Source of the DNA: Podarcis melisellensis
Lineage: Eukaryota
Assembly (NCBI GenBank): GCA_964234715.1
Contig: OZ174278.1
Direction: 5' to 3' (one strand)
Length of the DNA: 64,000 bases
Below are positions 13,230 through 25,460 of the stretch, piece by piece. The position numbers were made by a program, and so were the translations under genes. The stretch's first letter is position 1; each line of letters starts with the position of its first letter. Under the pieces are notes generated by a model, which had not been told where the DNA came from, did not search any database, and saw nothing but the letters and a program-made list of their open reading frames with translations.

Positions 13230-13235
13230 TTTATT
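13230..13235 (-). terminator. KCNJ15: Candidate proximal poly(A) signal of KCNJ15 (3'UTR about 2.4 kb)
   Basis: AATAAA on minus, followed by U/GU-rich sequence (ttcatttttaactgttagcctgttgttactgttc) and preceded by UGUA motifs. Confidence 0.5.
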
Positions 13236-15602
13236 TAAGAATATTAAACAGTGGTCCAAAGCAAAACAAGCAATCTTTTAAATACATGACTCTAATGCTT
13301 ATACATGTCATATCATAAAAACGTTATCGGTAGCATTTCCCCAATAATACATTTCTCTTTTTTCTTTTACAACTCCATTCCTATATATCCATGACAGCTT
13401 TCTTTTAAAAAGGGGTGGAGGAGGGATTCAAAACAGAATTTTTGGCAGGACTAGGACAGCCTGATCACCTGCACTGCTGTGTATACGATGGCAGATGGGG
13501 AAGAAACTATACTGTCCCTTGGAGCCATTCATTTTCTTTCTGTTTCTTTTTGTTTTGTTTTTTGGCAAAGACTGGCAGAAGAAGCCTGTGAAGTGGGAAA
13601 GAGGGAAATGATTGTTTCCCAAGCCATTGTTGCAATATATGTGTGGTTCCCCTAGAGTTTCTTGCTCTGCTGTGCCAGAAAGAGAGAATCCAGAGCAGCG
13701 TGTCTCCAACTTTTTCTGTGGGGGCAGGGGCACATTTAGAAATCGGAGATGCTTCTGTGAGCACCACAACATACCCATTTCATAGAAGAAAAACTGGTGC
13801 TCTTCAGGACCACCATCAAAATAAAACACAAAAAACCCTACATCCCTCAGGAAATAGAACACAGACAGAAAAACAGGCAAACTTCTCAACATACAACCAG
13901 AAAAAGCTCCTGTACCTCAGGTTGGTTTTGGGGTTTTTTTAAGGGAGGTGGAGGCATCCTTGGTGAGTGCCAAGAGTTAGGGTGTTTTAGGGAGCTATAG
14001 AGCCTCTGGGTGCCACAATAGATCTCCCTCTGTTCTTGCACTTCTGTTCTTCTGATGTGGTTCTCTAATCCTCCCCTATAGCACAGACATTTACAGTGGT
14101 GGTCAAGGGGAGAGACCTTCTGTCTGTAACAGATGTGGATGCTTTTGGAGGGGTGGTGGTCTGTTTTTGTACAACCCCAGGCTCCAAGTCCACATTGCAC
14201 TGGGCAGTCATTTTAGAGGCTGCCGTCTACTGTCATTCAAATTGTTTCTGCTCCGTGAAACTGATTTCCAACAACACAACCAGAATGTCATTTCCCTTTT
14301 CTTAAGAAGCATGAAAATCTGGGTAAATAAACACTGACAGTGCAACTCTATGCATGTCTACTCAGAAGCAAACCCCCATGAGTTCAACTGCACTTACTTC
14401 CAGGGAAGTGTAAGAGGATTGCAGCCTCACTATACCAAAGAATATATAACCTTTCAGAACCTACTCTTTCATCCTACTTATATGGCTAATCTATGTCAAA
14501 TAAATATCGTGAGTAAATTTGTTCAATATACTGAACTTCACAAAGGTTAACTGAAAATCAATCTTATGAAAATTGCCATATGGCAGAGTGTTAAGACACA
14601 AGGAGAGGTCATAGTATTCTTAGCAGGTCCAAGATCTTGTATCTCCAGTCTCAAATCCTGGACAGCCACTGCAAGTCAGTGGAGACAATACTCATCATGA
14701 CAAACTTCTGACTCAGTAGAACACATTTCCTATGTTCCTAGACTGGGGAAGTCTATAGCTGTGAATTTACAATGGAGCTGCTGCCTCTGAAATAAGAGAC
14801 CATGTACAGTTTAGTTTCACCAGTGAAGGCTGGGAGATACTCCCTTTCTGAAGCCTGGAGAGTCACTGCCAATCAGTGTAGACTGAACTCAATGAATTTA
14901 TGGTCTGACTCGGTACAAGGCTACTATCTATGCTTCCTTAAAGATATTCATCTCAGTTACAGCATCCTATACACAAAAGTCATTTAATTTTCTTTAAAAA
15001 AACAAACCACTTTGATTAATGATGCAAAAGTGGTGAATGTGCCCCACATCTTAGGCTGTGCGCACAAACTAACCCATTTACAGCACAAAAAAATGTAGTT
15101 TTTCCCCTCAATCTGGAATTGTTCTTGCTTGTCTTCAACATGCTGCTTTCAGTCTAGATTGAGTCTGGATCCTGCTGTCCACAAGGATGTTTACTTGACG
15201 CACATTTGAAAACCCTCCCCTAGGTTAGGTTATCCATGCTTTTTTCCTCCCTGCACACGCCCCAGATGAACAGAGAAGGGAGTGGTGACAGCTGTCTTGA
15301 TTGGTGGGACCATCTATTTCAGGTGGACAAACAAGAGGGGGGCAGGGGTTAATGCAGATTCAATCTGCTATGACCTTTTCTTTATAAAAAAAACAGTTTC
15401 TCAATATGGACTCTTAAGGGTCAAAAAATAAGCAACAGATCTAGATCGTGTACTTGGTTTTCATGGATTCTAGAATAAAATGTATTGTTTGTGCAGCCAC
15501 AGCTGTTTTGATGAGTTTTTGATGCCCTTCCATTTTCAAGGGGGGGGGTGATGATAATTCAAGCTGTATAAATATTTGTTGTGGTTGTTGTTGGATGAGA
15601 AA

Positions 15603-16730
15603 TCAAACATTGCTTTGCTGTAAAAACCTTGTCCTGCGCTCCCTTTCTCTTTCATCTTCTTTTCTATATTGCTCTTCTAGTTTTTGTTTTTCAGAGTCCA
15701 TACTGTACAAGGTACAATCTGGACATCTTCTGATCTTCTCAAACTGACTGAAATCTGCAACGTACTTCCCATTCGGAGAGAGAGAGACCACAGGCATAAA
15801 CTCAAAACCCCAGAAGATCTCCTCTGGGATATACGATGTTCGGCTCTGGCAGACGGCACTTGTTGACTCTACGGTGGCATTCAGGAGGACAACCAGTTCA
15901 AACTCTTTTTCTTTCAGGTTTTGGGGTGAAAGGTCTCTTAAGGGGCTGCTCTCATCCAATATGTGGTAGAAAGTCAGAGGTAAAATCAGGAATGGACTCT
16001 CTGCTGCGGAGTCAACGTGGAACTTAACAGTCGCTTGGTTAAGCAGAATTCTCTCACCTTCTTTAGTTTCGTAGGACTCGAGAAGCTTTCCTGTCAGCTG
16101 GCACTGAATCAAGAGGCTCTTTCTCATGTTTGCCACTCGGATTACAAGGCACAGGTGCCCATTGTGCTTGGAGATGACAGCACAGTGACTGAATTTAATG
16201 GTCTCGGCCCTTTTTTTGGGTCTAGCAATTTTGGCCAGGAAAGTCCCCGTGATGAAGATCTCAATCAAGGTGGTGAGAACCAGCTGAGCAACTAAAAGGA
16301 AGATGGCATGAGGACACTCTTCTGTGATGTAACGGAAGCCATAGCCAATGGTAGTCTGTGACTCCAAAGAAAAGAGAAATGCTCCTGTGAGTGACCTCAC
16401 ATGCATGACGCAGGGGGCCTGGTTCTGCAGGTGTTTGTTCCCTTCCAAATCTCCATGAAGAAAGGCAATAACATAGTAGATGACGCCAAAAAGGAACCAA
16501 GTCATTACAAAGGTAGCAGCAAACAAGGTAAGTTTATATCTCCACTTCATGTCTATGACGGTGGTCCACAGATCCTGAAGATAAAGAAGGTAAATGCCAT
16601 CGACCTTGTCGATCCTCACGTTGCTGTGGCCACTTTTGGACATCACACGAGGTTTGCTCCTCTTCGACTTAGCAGTGATGTTGCCGTTCACTAGTGGCGC
16701 TTGTGACATATTGATCTGGGTGGCTTCCAT
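15603..16730 (-). CDS. KCNJ15: Inward rectifier potassium channel Kir4.2, 375 aa, single coding exon
   Basis: Intact ORF with TTIGYG selectivity filter, IDMKWRYK (K66 pH-sensor lysine), M2 E157 rectification residue, [13 protein letters not shown], Kir cytoplasmic domain and C-terminal PDZ motif QQSNV. Length and sequence match Kir4.2 as I recall it, rather than Kir4.1 or Kir1.1. Confidence 0.98.
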   Translation of the reverse strand: MEATQINMSQAPLVNGNITAKSKRSKPRVMSKSGHSNVRIDKVDGIYLLYLQDLWTTVIDMKWRYKLTLFAATFVMTWFLFGVIYYVIAFLHGDLEGNKHLQNQAPCVMHVRSLTGAFLFSLESQTTIGYGFRYITEECPHAIFLLVAQLVLTTLIEIFITGTFLAKIARPKKRAETIKFSHCAVISKHNGHLCLVIRVANMRKSLLIQCQLTGKLLESYETKEGERILLNQATVKFHVDSAAESPFLILPLTFYHILDESSPLRDLSPQNLKEKEFELVVLLNATVESTSAVCQSRTSYIPEEIFWGFEFMPVVSLSPNGKYVADFSQFEKIRRCPDCTLYSMDSEKQKLEEQYRKEDERERERRTRFLQQSNV

Positions 16731-16740
16731 TGTCAGTGTC

Positions 16741-16765
16741 CTAGACCTAAATAGATGGGGAGAAA
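16741..16765 (-). promoter_or_regulatory. KCNJ15: Splice acceptor(s) of the KCNJ15 coding exon
   Basis: Minus strand reads tttctccccatctatttAG|gtctAG|gacactgacaATG: a pyrimidine tract plus two AGs, 16 and 10 nt before the start codon. Confidence 0.75.
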
Positions 16766-18149
16766 TAGTTTTTTAAAAGAACAACAACAAAGCTATGATA
16801 AAACAGACTCTATATTAAAATCACCAGATTATGATTACATTCCATATTTATGGGCAAAAATCTGCTACACTTTGAAAGTTTCTGGCATCAGCATGCAATG
16901 TTGCACCAAGTTAATTTCATAAGCAGAAAGTAATATAATTTCCTCCCTGGCGTTCATGTCAATATAAATGACTTGACTCAAGAGTCCAGAAAGTAATTTT
17001 ATCAATTCAGTCCTACATTGTATTAAAATATTTCTCATATTTATTATTATGGAAAGAAGACAGGCCTCTCTTTTTAAAAAACAATAACAACATTAATTTA
17101 CTGAATGTGATCCACTCAGGAGACAAATATTCCATTAACACTAGACCAATTTAGCTATGATTTTCCAAATCAGTTCTATAATTATGTCTCCCTTAGAAAT
17201 GCTGGGGGGAAAGATTTTTAAAATGAGCATTTTGATTTTGATTTCCACAAGTCCTCAATGCCTAGCTGTGTTAGAGGGAAAATAAAAGCAAGCAATCTTG
17301 TGAATGCCTAGAAAAGAGCGTGAGAAAGAAATATTTGCACCTGAAAGCTCTTCAAGGCTGTTTACATCATAGGCCTCTCCAATTTCAAAGAGTCAGTGGA
17401 AAAAACAGGAGGCAATTCACAAATTCAGCTTTCTAGCAATGGGCCCTGCCCTTAGCAAACACAGAAGGGACTGGACCACAAGTTTCTCAAAGTTTGTTTA
17501 CTGTGAATCCTAGCTCAGTGCAGATGGAGATGAAGTGTGCCTCTGTCCAGGACTGAACAAAGCGCACAAAAAGCAGGAGGTGCCTGTCTTTGCCAGCTTG
17601 ATGGGACAAAAAAAGACACGGCTTCCACGACCAGACAGTGGTTACGCAGCACAAGGCCAGAGCAAGTTAGCAGGAGTTTCCAATAACAAAACTTCCTGTG
17701 CTTAAATCCCCCCCACAAAAAAACCCCATGCATCCTTTGTACTCTGGCAATTCATGCAGCTAGTATTGTTTTGTTCCATTGTTTGGCTTCAAGAGAGAAC
17801 TTTAATAAGTGATTCATTTTTATGAACCACAGGAGAGAGAGAAATACTTCTCCCTTGTAACTCCTTAAAAGAACATTTCTGGAAATCAACGTACTTATAG
17901 TAGACATGTGTGCCAAGCCAGGATAACAATGTAATTATTCACTAATGCAACTTTCCTGTTTTGTCAGTAAAAGAATATTTATGTTTACACCCATAACTGA
18001 GTAACTGCTGGCAGGCTGAAGGTAAATTTGTGTTTATTTTTATTTCCTTAACCAGCTCACATATGACAACTCTTGAAAGCTCAAAAGGAGAAGGGGGAAA
18101 GCACCAAGGATCCCAGTAAAAGAACTTTTGTGTGACAGTAAAAACAGCA

Positions 18150-18185
<36 letters not shown>

Positions 18186-19016
18186 ACATGTCCGGAGGAA
18201 AAAGACAAAGTCCTGATGATGTGAGCAAGAACAATAGAGAGAGGAGGAGGGGCAGTCCATCAAAAAAATGTGCTTTAGTTTCAACGGACTAACAACTGGG
18301 ACATGGGCAGGAGGAAATGCAGCTTAGGTAATGGCATACAAATCCCAACCCGGAAAACCATTTGAGAAGAAATGCATGGTACTTGTTCACAACCTTTGGA
18401 CAAGAAAATATAGTGTTTGGTTTGTTTAACCAATGGACAGAGAACAGTACCAGATTTTCTCTCAGCTCCCCAAGGTTTGATCTTCATCCTGCAGCTTGTT
18501 ACTTTCTCTCTGATGTACAAATGGAGCTTGGGTGTGAGTCACCCATACTTGCCACTGGGAGAAGATGGTAAATTCATTTACAGAAGTTGGAAATGAATGG
18601 AAAAGCCCTTGTGCTGTTGACCAGAATGGGGGTGGAGAAGCTCCATCTGTGAAACAGAGTCTGTGAACCCATAAGGAATTGTTGAACTGAGCCGCCTATA
18701 GTCACGCAAGGGCAAGATTTAATTTGCCAAGGTAACTAATCCTCATTTCTTCTTTTAACATACTGCCCTTTTGGGTGTTGGCAGTCCACCGTGCAAAAAC
18801 ATGACTCAGGAATTACAAGAAATCAAGCAGCTCCCTCCACAACAGGAGTGCGTAAATCCACTAATGAAGAGGGCTGCAACTGACCTCCCAAAACTGAATT
18901 CCTTCCTAGTGAACAGATCATGAAAATAAGCAACCTTCTGGCCTAGTCAATTTCACACCTCAAGTATTGGAGGTGGAGGTGGTGAGAGACAGCCAGAAGG
19001 CTAGACTAACCATGTA

Positions 19017-19258
19017 CAGTGATACCTCTGGTTACGAACGCTTCTGGTTATGAACGCTTCAGGTTTCAAGCTCCGCTAACCTGGAAGTAGTTGCTCCTGG
19101 TTGCGAACTTTGCCCCAGGATGTGAACGGAAATTGTGCACTAGAGGCACGCGTGCAGCGGGAGGCCCCATTAGTGAAAGCACGCCTCAGGATAAGAACGT
19201 TTTCAGCTTAAGAACAGACCTCTGGAACGAATTAAGTTCATAACCAGAGGTACCACTG
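19017..19258 (-). mobile_element. Tc1/mariner (Tigger-like) MITE, copy 1
   Basis: TA|cagtgatacctc...gaggtaccactg|TA; opposite orientation to copies 2-5 (strand labels are relative). Confidence 0.9.
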
Positions 19259-20394
19259 TATCCTTTACAAAAGGCAGTCTTCTGCTTGAGGGAGTTCTCC
19301 ATTTGAAAGGTGGTCTGGCACGAATCCAGGTTAGACGTAAATAATTCTAGGAAGAGAGAGTAGGGACCTTGAAGGCTCCCAACAACAGCAAGCACCTAGA
19401 CAGTGGACTGAACAGGCACACAAGCCACCTAGTTATTGACTTCCCCATTATGGCCAAATGCATTGCATTGCTATTTAAATTATCACAATTATTTGTAAAT
19501 TTTCATCTCTACATATAAATCAGCAAATACATTTTTTATGCATATTGGTAGTCTCTCTTGTCATCTTGTTGGTGATACATTTCCTCTTTTTCAACCATGC
19601 ACAAGTGGCCGCAATAAGGAGCATTTAGCCCCTTAGAAGTACAACTTGGACCCAAAGTAGCTTGCTGAGATCAGCTTGCAAGAGAAGAGTTGCAGCCTTG
19701 AAAAGACACCCTTTAGACATGTCTTCTGGTGAGGAGGCATCATGTCTGCATGGGTCTACTCCAAAGTACAAATCCAAACAAGTCATTTCAAGCAACATGC
19801 TACTTGGAGCTCCTAGCAAAACACATTTCCTGAAGTGCCAAGGAACATGGTAGCAGTGGGATCAACTTTCTAATTGCTTCCTAGCAGCAAATGACTCAGG
19901 AGCTCAAATTAGTGCAGAAATGGCCAGACAGAATTTTCATTGTTTCTGCCAGGTGGAGTCCTATTCCTCCAATCCTGAAAGAACTACACTGAGTGACCAT
20001 TTTGCTCCCAAATCCCATTCGACAGGCTGGTACTTAACTTCAGAGCCCTAAATAGCTTAGAACCCAAATATCTAAAAGAGGACCTTGCATACCAGCCAGC
20101 CCATGCCATAAGATCTTCAGTGGAGGTCCTTCTCCAAGTACTGTCCTTAGTTCAGATGCATTATGTAGGCACTAAGAAGAGGGTCATTCATTCATTCCAT
20201 TATCTGCAATAGTGCCCCAGCTCTAGAATTCCCTCCCCAGAGAATTCCTTCCTGGTGCCAACATGACAGCGACTTAAAACACTTTGATTTGCTTAGGCAT
20301 TATAAAGCATGATATTGCTTTAGTCTGACTTTAGCTGTTGTAAGTATTTGATGCCTCCCAGTCTGTAATTGTTTGATGGACTTATGCTTTATTG

Positions 20395-20789
20395 CAGAGC
20401 TTTCCAAACTTTTCATGTTGATGACACACTTTTTAAACATGCATCATTTTGCAACACTGTAATTCAGTTTTACTTAGCAAACAAGAGATTAAACTAACCC
20501 CCTTCCAGCCCCAGGAGGAGCATAGGTAGTATTCACGAAACCAGAGGCAGCGCTAGCTTCTCTGGCCCCTGGAGCGCCACACATGCTGGGTACCCGGGGG
20601 TGGGGCTAGCCTCCCATGGGGGTGCCGCCCACAGCAAGTGGTGAGTGTCCCGGGGGGCAGGGCGGCAATGTCACCCCCCTCAGGGGGACCACATCTACCA
20701 CACACCCTTCTTTTGCCAGTGCACACAACACACCTACACACTGCAGCCGACACACTAACGTGTCGCGACACACAGTTTGGAAAGCTCTG
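20395..20789. mobile_element. hAT MITE with 16-bp TIRs and a probable nested GC-rich insert
   Basis: TIR cagagctttccaaact / agtttggaaagctctg; 8-bp TSD ctttattg / gtttattg (7/8 match). Confidence 0.85.
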
Positions 20790-21781
20790 GTTTATTGTAT
20801 TTTCATTTTTTAAGTAATGTTTATTAAAAACCATCCTGGAATCCAATGGTTGAATGGCAGTCTAGAAATCTTTTAAATAAACAAACAGACCTGGAACTAG
20901 AATGCAGACTGAAGACAAAATATCTAGCACCGTATGTTCCAGGGAAACAAGATGGGGAAAGAGATGTGGTGGGCACATCCAAGTCAGCTGTTTCCAACCT
21001 GGTGCCCTACATATGTTGTTGAACTACAGCTTCTATCAACATGGTCAATGGTCAGGGATGCTGTGAGCTGAATTCCAGGAACATGTGGAGGGCACCAAGT
21101 TGGGGAATGCTGCCCCCAAATGGTTGGTGGAACACCTTAACCCTGAGGCAGTTAAAAAGGTTGTTAGGCAATCCTCAAGCAAACACACAACAGCCACCCG
21201 AAAGAATGGACAATAGAACCACAGGAGCTGCCTTATACTGAATTAGACTATTGGATCATTTAGCTCAGAACTGTCTACACTGACTGGCAGCAATTTTCCA
21301 GGGTTTCAGACAAGAGGCATTCTCATCCCTACTTAGAGATGTCATGGATGGAGACTGGTACCTTCTGTGGGTCCCCAGATTTTGTTGGACCACAACTCCC
21401 ATCACCCCAAGCTAGCAAGGCCAGAGCTCATGGATGATGGGAGTTGTAGTCCAACAACATCTGGGGACCCACAGGTTGAGAACCACTGTGCTACAGCCTT
21501 TATGGATTAGATCTTGGCTTGTTAGCCTGCATCCAGTCCACCATTGCACTCACATGTCAGGCTACAAGAACATGTCCCCATCCAATGTCCCCACCCTATC
21601 CAAATGATAATAATAATTTATTATTTATACCCTGCCCATCTGGCTGGGCAGCTCCCAACAGAATGTTAAAAATGCGACAAAACATCAACTATATTGCTGA
21701 TATATTTTTCCTTTTCCTCCTCAGCTTACACAGAGTCTTCCTGCTTCCTTATTTCGCCCTTCCATCTCCATCTATTGACTC

Positions 21782-22480
21782 TTAAGAACACAAGACAAGG
21801 TAGCTTGATCAGGCCAATGGTCCAACATCCTGTTCTCAGAGTGGCCAACCAGATGCCTGTGGGAAACCCCCAAGCAGAGAATTAGCAGAACAGTCTTCAG
21901 CCCACCTATGACTCCCAGCAGCTGGAATGCAGAAGCATGCTGCCTCTGACAGTGGAGGCGGAACTTAACTTCATGGCTAGTAGCCACTGATAGCCTGGTC
22001 CTCCATGAATTTGTCTAATCTTTTGGTGGCCATCACTGCCTCCTGTGGGAGTGAGTTCCACAGTTTAAACTATGCACAGTGCGAATAAGCACTTCCTTTT
22101 ATCTGTCCTCAATCTTCCAAAATTCAGCTTCATGGGATGTGCATGAATCCCTGTGCCACGAGAGAGGGAGGAAAGCTTTTCTCTATTGCTTTCTCCATGC
22201 AGCACCTACTTTTATAAACTTCTACCAGGTTATCTCTTGCTTGTTACTTTTCTCTAACCTAAAAAGTCCCAAATGGTGCAGCTGTTCCTCACAGGGGGGT
22301 GGCTCTGTCCCCTTGATTGTCCTTTTCAGACCCTTTTCCAACTCTATCTTTTTTGAGGTGAGGGAACCAGAACACAGCATTCCAAAAGCGGCTGCACCAC
22401 AGATTTGGAAAAACAGCATTATGATATGAACAGTTACATTTTCAATTCCAAGGATCCCTAGCAGCATGGAATTTGCCTAT
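21782..22480 (-). mobile_element. CR1 LINE 3' fragment
   Basis: ORF 22222-22467 contains ELEK...IKG.E..PCEEQLHHLGLFRLEK, typical of the CR1 ORF2 C-terminus; CR1 3'UTR on the left. Confidence 0.85.
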
Positions 22481-22587
22481 TTTCACAACTCCGGTATGCA
22501 TCAGAATCTCCTGAAGCAAGTCTAAAAGAAAGTGCACACATGCACACATCACAAGAGAAGAAATCCCCCCCTCCAGCCATTAAACAT

Positions 22588-22588
<1 letters not shown>

Positions 22589-22637
<49 letters not shown>

Positions 22638-22702
22638 TATTATTATTTGAAGTCTTACATTGCCTTGGGGTGAAAAGCCTCTGAAGAAGAAGAAGAAGAA
22701 GA
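22589..22702. repeat. (ATT)n and (GAA)n microsatellites
   Basis: Directly visible. Other STRs: (CA)n 11145-11170, 18149-18181, 27135-27152; (CAA)n 24173-24200. Confidence 0.95.
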
Positions 22703-24333
22703 TAGGAACTCCAGACATAGGGAGCAACCCACAAGCATGCCTTTCAATTTGCCCTCATGGCTTGACCTGTGGTTCTCAATGTTATCAGGCCCTCATGACC
22801 AATTTAGCTGGGACACAGGGCAGGCTTTTAGGGCCTTCAGTGTCTAATGAGCCCACATTCACCTCTGGCATAGCCAAAACAATGCAAAGCATTTTCCCAG
22901 GATTGTGCCTGGGGTGAAGGAGCTCCAGGCTCTCTCTTACACAGTTCAGCACCCCAAGCATCAGCCTGCCCCTGTACAGAAGGGCCACAGCCTCACTCTT
23001 GGCCACTGTCCCCTAGGCTCCAGTGATTTTGCCATTTTTCTCACTGTGTGTCAAGGCAGTGTCTTCTCTATTATCGAGGTTATAAAGCTCTGCATTTCTG
23101 AATCCCTGACCTGTTAAAGAAGCATTAGAATAGCATCTCACCAGTCCTTGGTGCCTTCCTCTTTCCATTTGTGTTTCTTTATTAGGTAACATTCACGTAT
23201 CCACTTTAGTCACTTCCTTTCTTATCCTGGAATGGATCCCATCCGATCCTGGCTTCCCCCCACCCCACCCCAACTTCCTGCATTCTGTTTCTTTCATCAT
23301 CTCTCTTCTCATGTGATCCTGAATTCCTGTTGTTTATATCCTTAAAGCCCACAGAAATCCATGGAGGTTTATTTTTTCCCTTGGCAGAAGTATCCCCCCT
23401 CCCCTTTTCCTCTGCCATGCTTGTCAGAATAGGGGCTGGTTGCCACAAGGGGCCATTGGATACTCAATTTTGTTGCAATGGTGGTACCCGCACTAGGAAA
23501 AGACCCTGAGGCAAGCAGTAAACTTATCCTCAAAGGCTAGTTGCATCCCCACCTCCTCCCTCCAAGCTTGACTGACTTCTGCCTGGAAGCATGAAAGATT
23601 GCATTCTTTCCAAACCTCTGCTTTGTTTATTCCAATATTCTCTGTCGTAAGACTGGATATTCCAGTTAACTCACAGAAATGTGCCGTCCACTTTCTTAGC
23701 CCTGTCAATGTCACTTGATGTACAGTGGGGCCAATGAGCTCTCCAGCCCAATTTTGAACTGAGATGAATTGTTTTTTTCCTTTTGCCACATCAGTCATCA
23801 AATGCTCCCCTGCTTTTCTGCTGTGACACAGAACAAAAATAAAAGAATGGGTATCTCTTTTCCACTGCCATCTCATACGATGGGTACGGGATAAATAAAA
23901 GATCTATGGGCAACATTTCCATGAAAATTGTGAAGTTGGGGTAGGACAGAGATCGCAATAAAATAGATGCCTATATCCCTGGAAGATATGGGCAGGGCAG
24001 TGGTGAAGCTGGATTATTTTGTACTCTGGACTTAATGGTCTTATGATGGTGTTGGTTAGAGCTATAAACAGCCATGCAAAGCCAACAATTATCATTTCTC
24101 TTCCCACACCAACATTCCATATTTTACAACTGATATGTTTGGAGGAAGGGAAAGAGCTTGCCAACACTGCTTAACAACAACAACAACAACAACAACAACA
24201 TCTCTGAGCATGTGCAGTTTTGCACTTGAAATGCACTTGCCTCGTAGCACCATCCTGATGATTACAGGAATTGTAGTTTGGCAAGGTGCTGAAAATCCCA
24301 ATGCTTGCCCTGTCTGTTGTGCACAAAAACATG

Positions 24334-24510
24334 ATCATAGAATTAGAGTTGGAAGGGACCCCGGGGGTCATTAAGTCCAACCCCCTACAATGTAGGAATC
24401 CTAACTAAAGCATCCATGACAGATGGCTATCCAACCTTTGCTTAAAAACCTCCAGTGAAGGAGAGTACACAACCTCTCAAGGGAATCTGTTCCACTGTCA
24501 AACAGCTCTT
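24334..24510 (-). mobile_element. CR1 3' end
   Basis: atcatagaattagagttggaagggacc...aaaacctccagtgaaggagag...ttccactgtc. Other CR1 tails at about 11745-11810 (+), 28667-28735 (-) and 30305-30480 (+). Confidence 0.8.
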
Positions 24511-24521
24511 GGGGTGACATA

Positions 24522-24747
24522 CAGTGGTACCTCGGGTTAAGTACTTAATTCATTCCGGAGTTCCGTACTTAACCTGAAACTGTTCTTAACCTGAAGCACC
24601 ATTTTAGCTAATGGGGCCTCTTGCTGCTGCTGTGCTGCTGGAGCACGATTTCTGTTCTCATCCTGAAGTAAAGTTCTTAACCTGAAGCACTATTTCTGGG
24701 TTAGTGGAGTCTGTAACCTGAAGTGTATGTAACCCGAGATACCACTG
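24522..24747 (+). mobile_element. Tc1/mariner MITE, copy 2
   Basis: TA|cagtggtacctcggg...cccgagataccactg|TA. Confidence 0.9.
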
Positions 24748-25245
24748 TATACTAGTTTATGGCTGGTGTGTCCATATTTCCTGAGCTGATTGTGTTTCTT
24801 TGAGCAACATTTTGCAGTCTGTGGCTCAGTTACTTGTGTCACCCATGTCTTACTAACATAAGTGTTTGTGGCAGGTACTAGCTAATCTTAATCAACGGAT
24901 AAACTTCGATGTTTTAAAATACCTTCGGCATTTAAAATAGCTGTGCTTCCTTGCAGGCATATAAATATATTCCAATTATACATTTGCCAAAAAACCCCCA
25001 AAAAATCCCAGTTTAACCTCTTGGATATCAAAGAATGTTCATATAGTTCTGTTTAGAGCCTTCTGTTGGATAGAAGGTTAGTGTATCAAATAATATCTTA
25101 TGCCTTCATGGAGACTTTACAGACAAAGCATTCAGCAAATCCAATAGGTTTATGGCATATGGCTTGTCATCATAAACTATTTATTTTAGGAGTCATCTCA
25201 ATTGATTTGTGTTAGATGTATGAGTGGGCGAAGCTTTTAGGATTA

Positions 25246-25460
25246 CAGTGGTACCTCTGGTTACATACTTAATTCATTCCGGAGGTCCATACTTAACCTG
25301 AAACTGTTCTTAACCTGAAGCACCACTTTAGATAATGGGGCCTCCTGCTGCTGCCGTGCTGCCGGAGCACGATTTCTGTTCTTATCCTGAAGCAAAGTTC
25401 TTAACCTGAAGCATTAGTGGAGTCTGTAACCTGAAGTGTATGTAACCCGAGGTACCACTG
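25246..25460 (+). mobile_element. Tc1/mariner MITE, copy 3
   Basis: TA|cagtggtacctc...gaggtaccactg|TA. Confidence 0.9.

Noticed and set aside
13428-13892. 154-aa ORF downstream of KCNJ15
   Set aside because: Low-complexity 3'UTR-like sequence with no domain.
15677-16776. Short overlapping and antisense ORFs over KCNJ15
   Set aside because: Expected shadows of a coding exon.
19715-19724. p53 half-site AGACATGTCT (also 51758-51767, and GGGCATGCCT near 36866)
   Set aside because: Isolated half-sites without a good partner are expected by chance in 64 kb.
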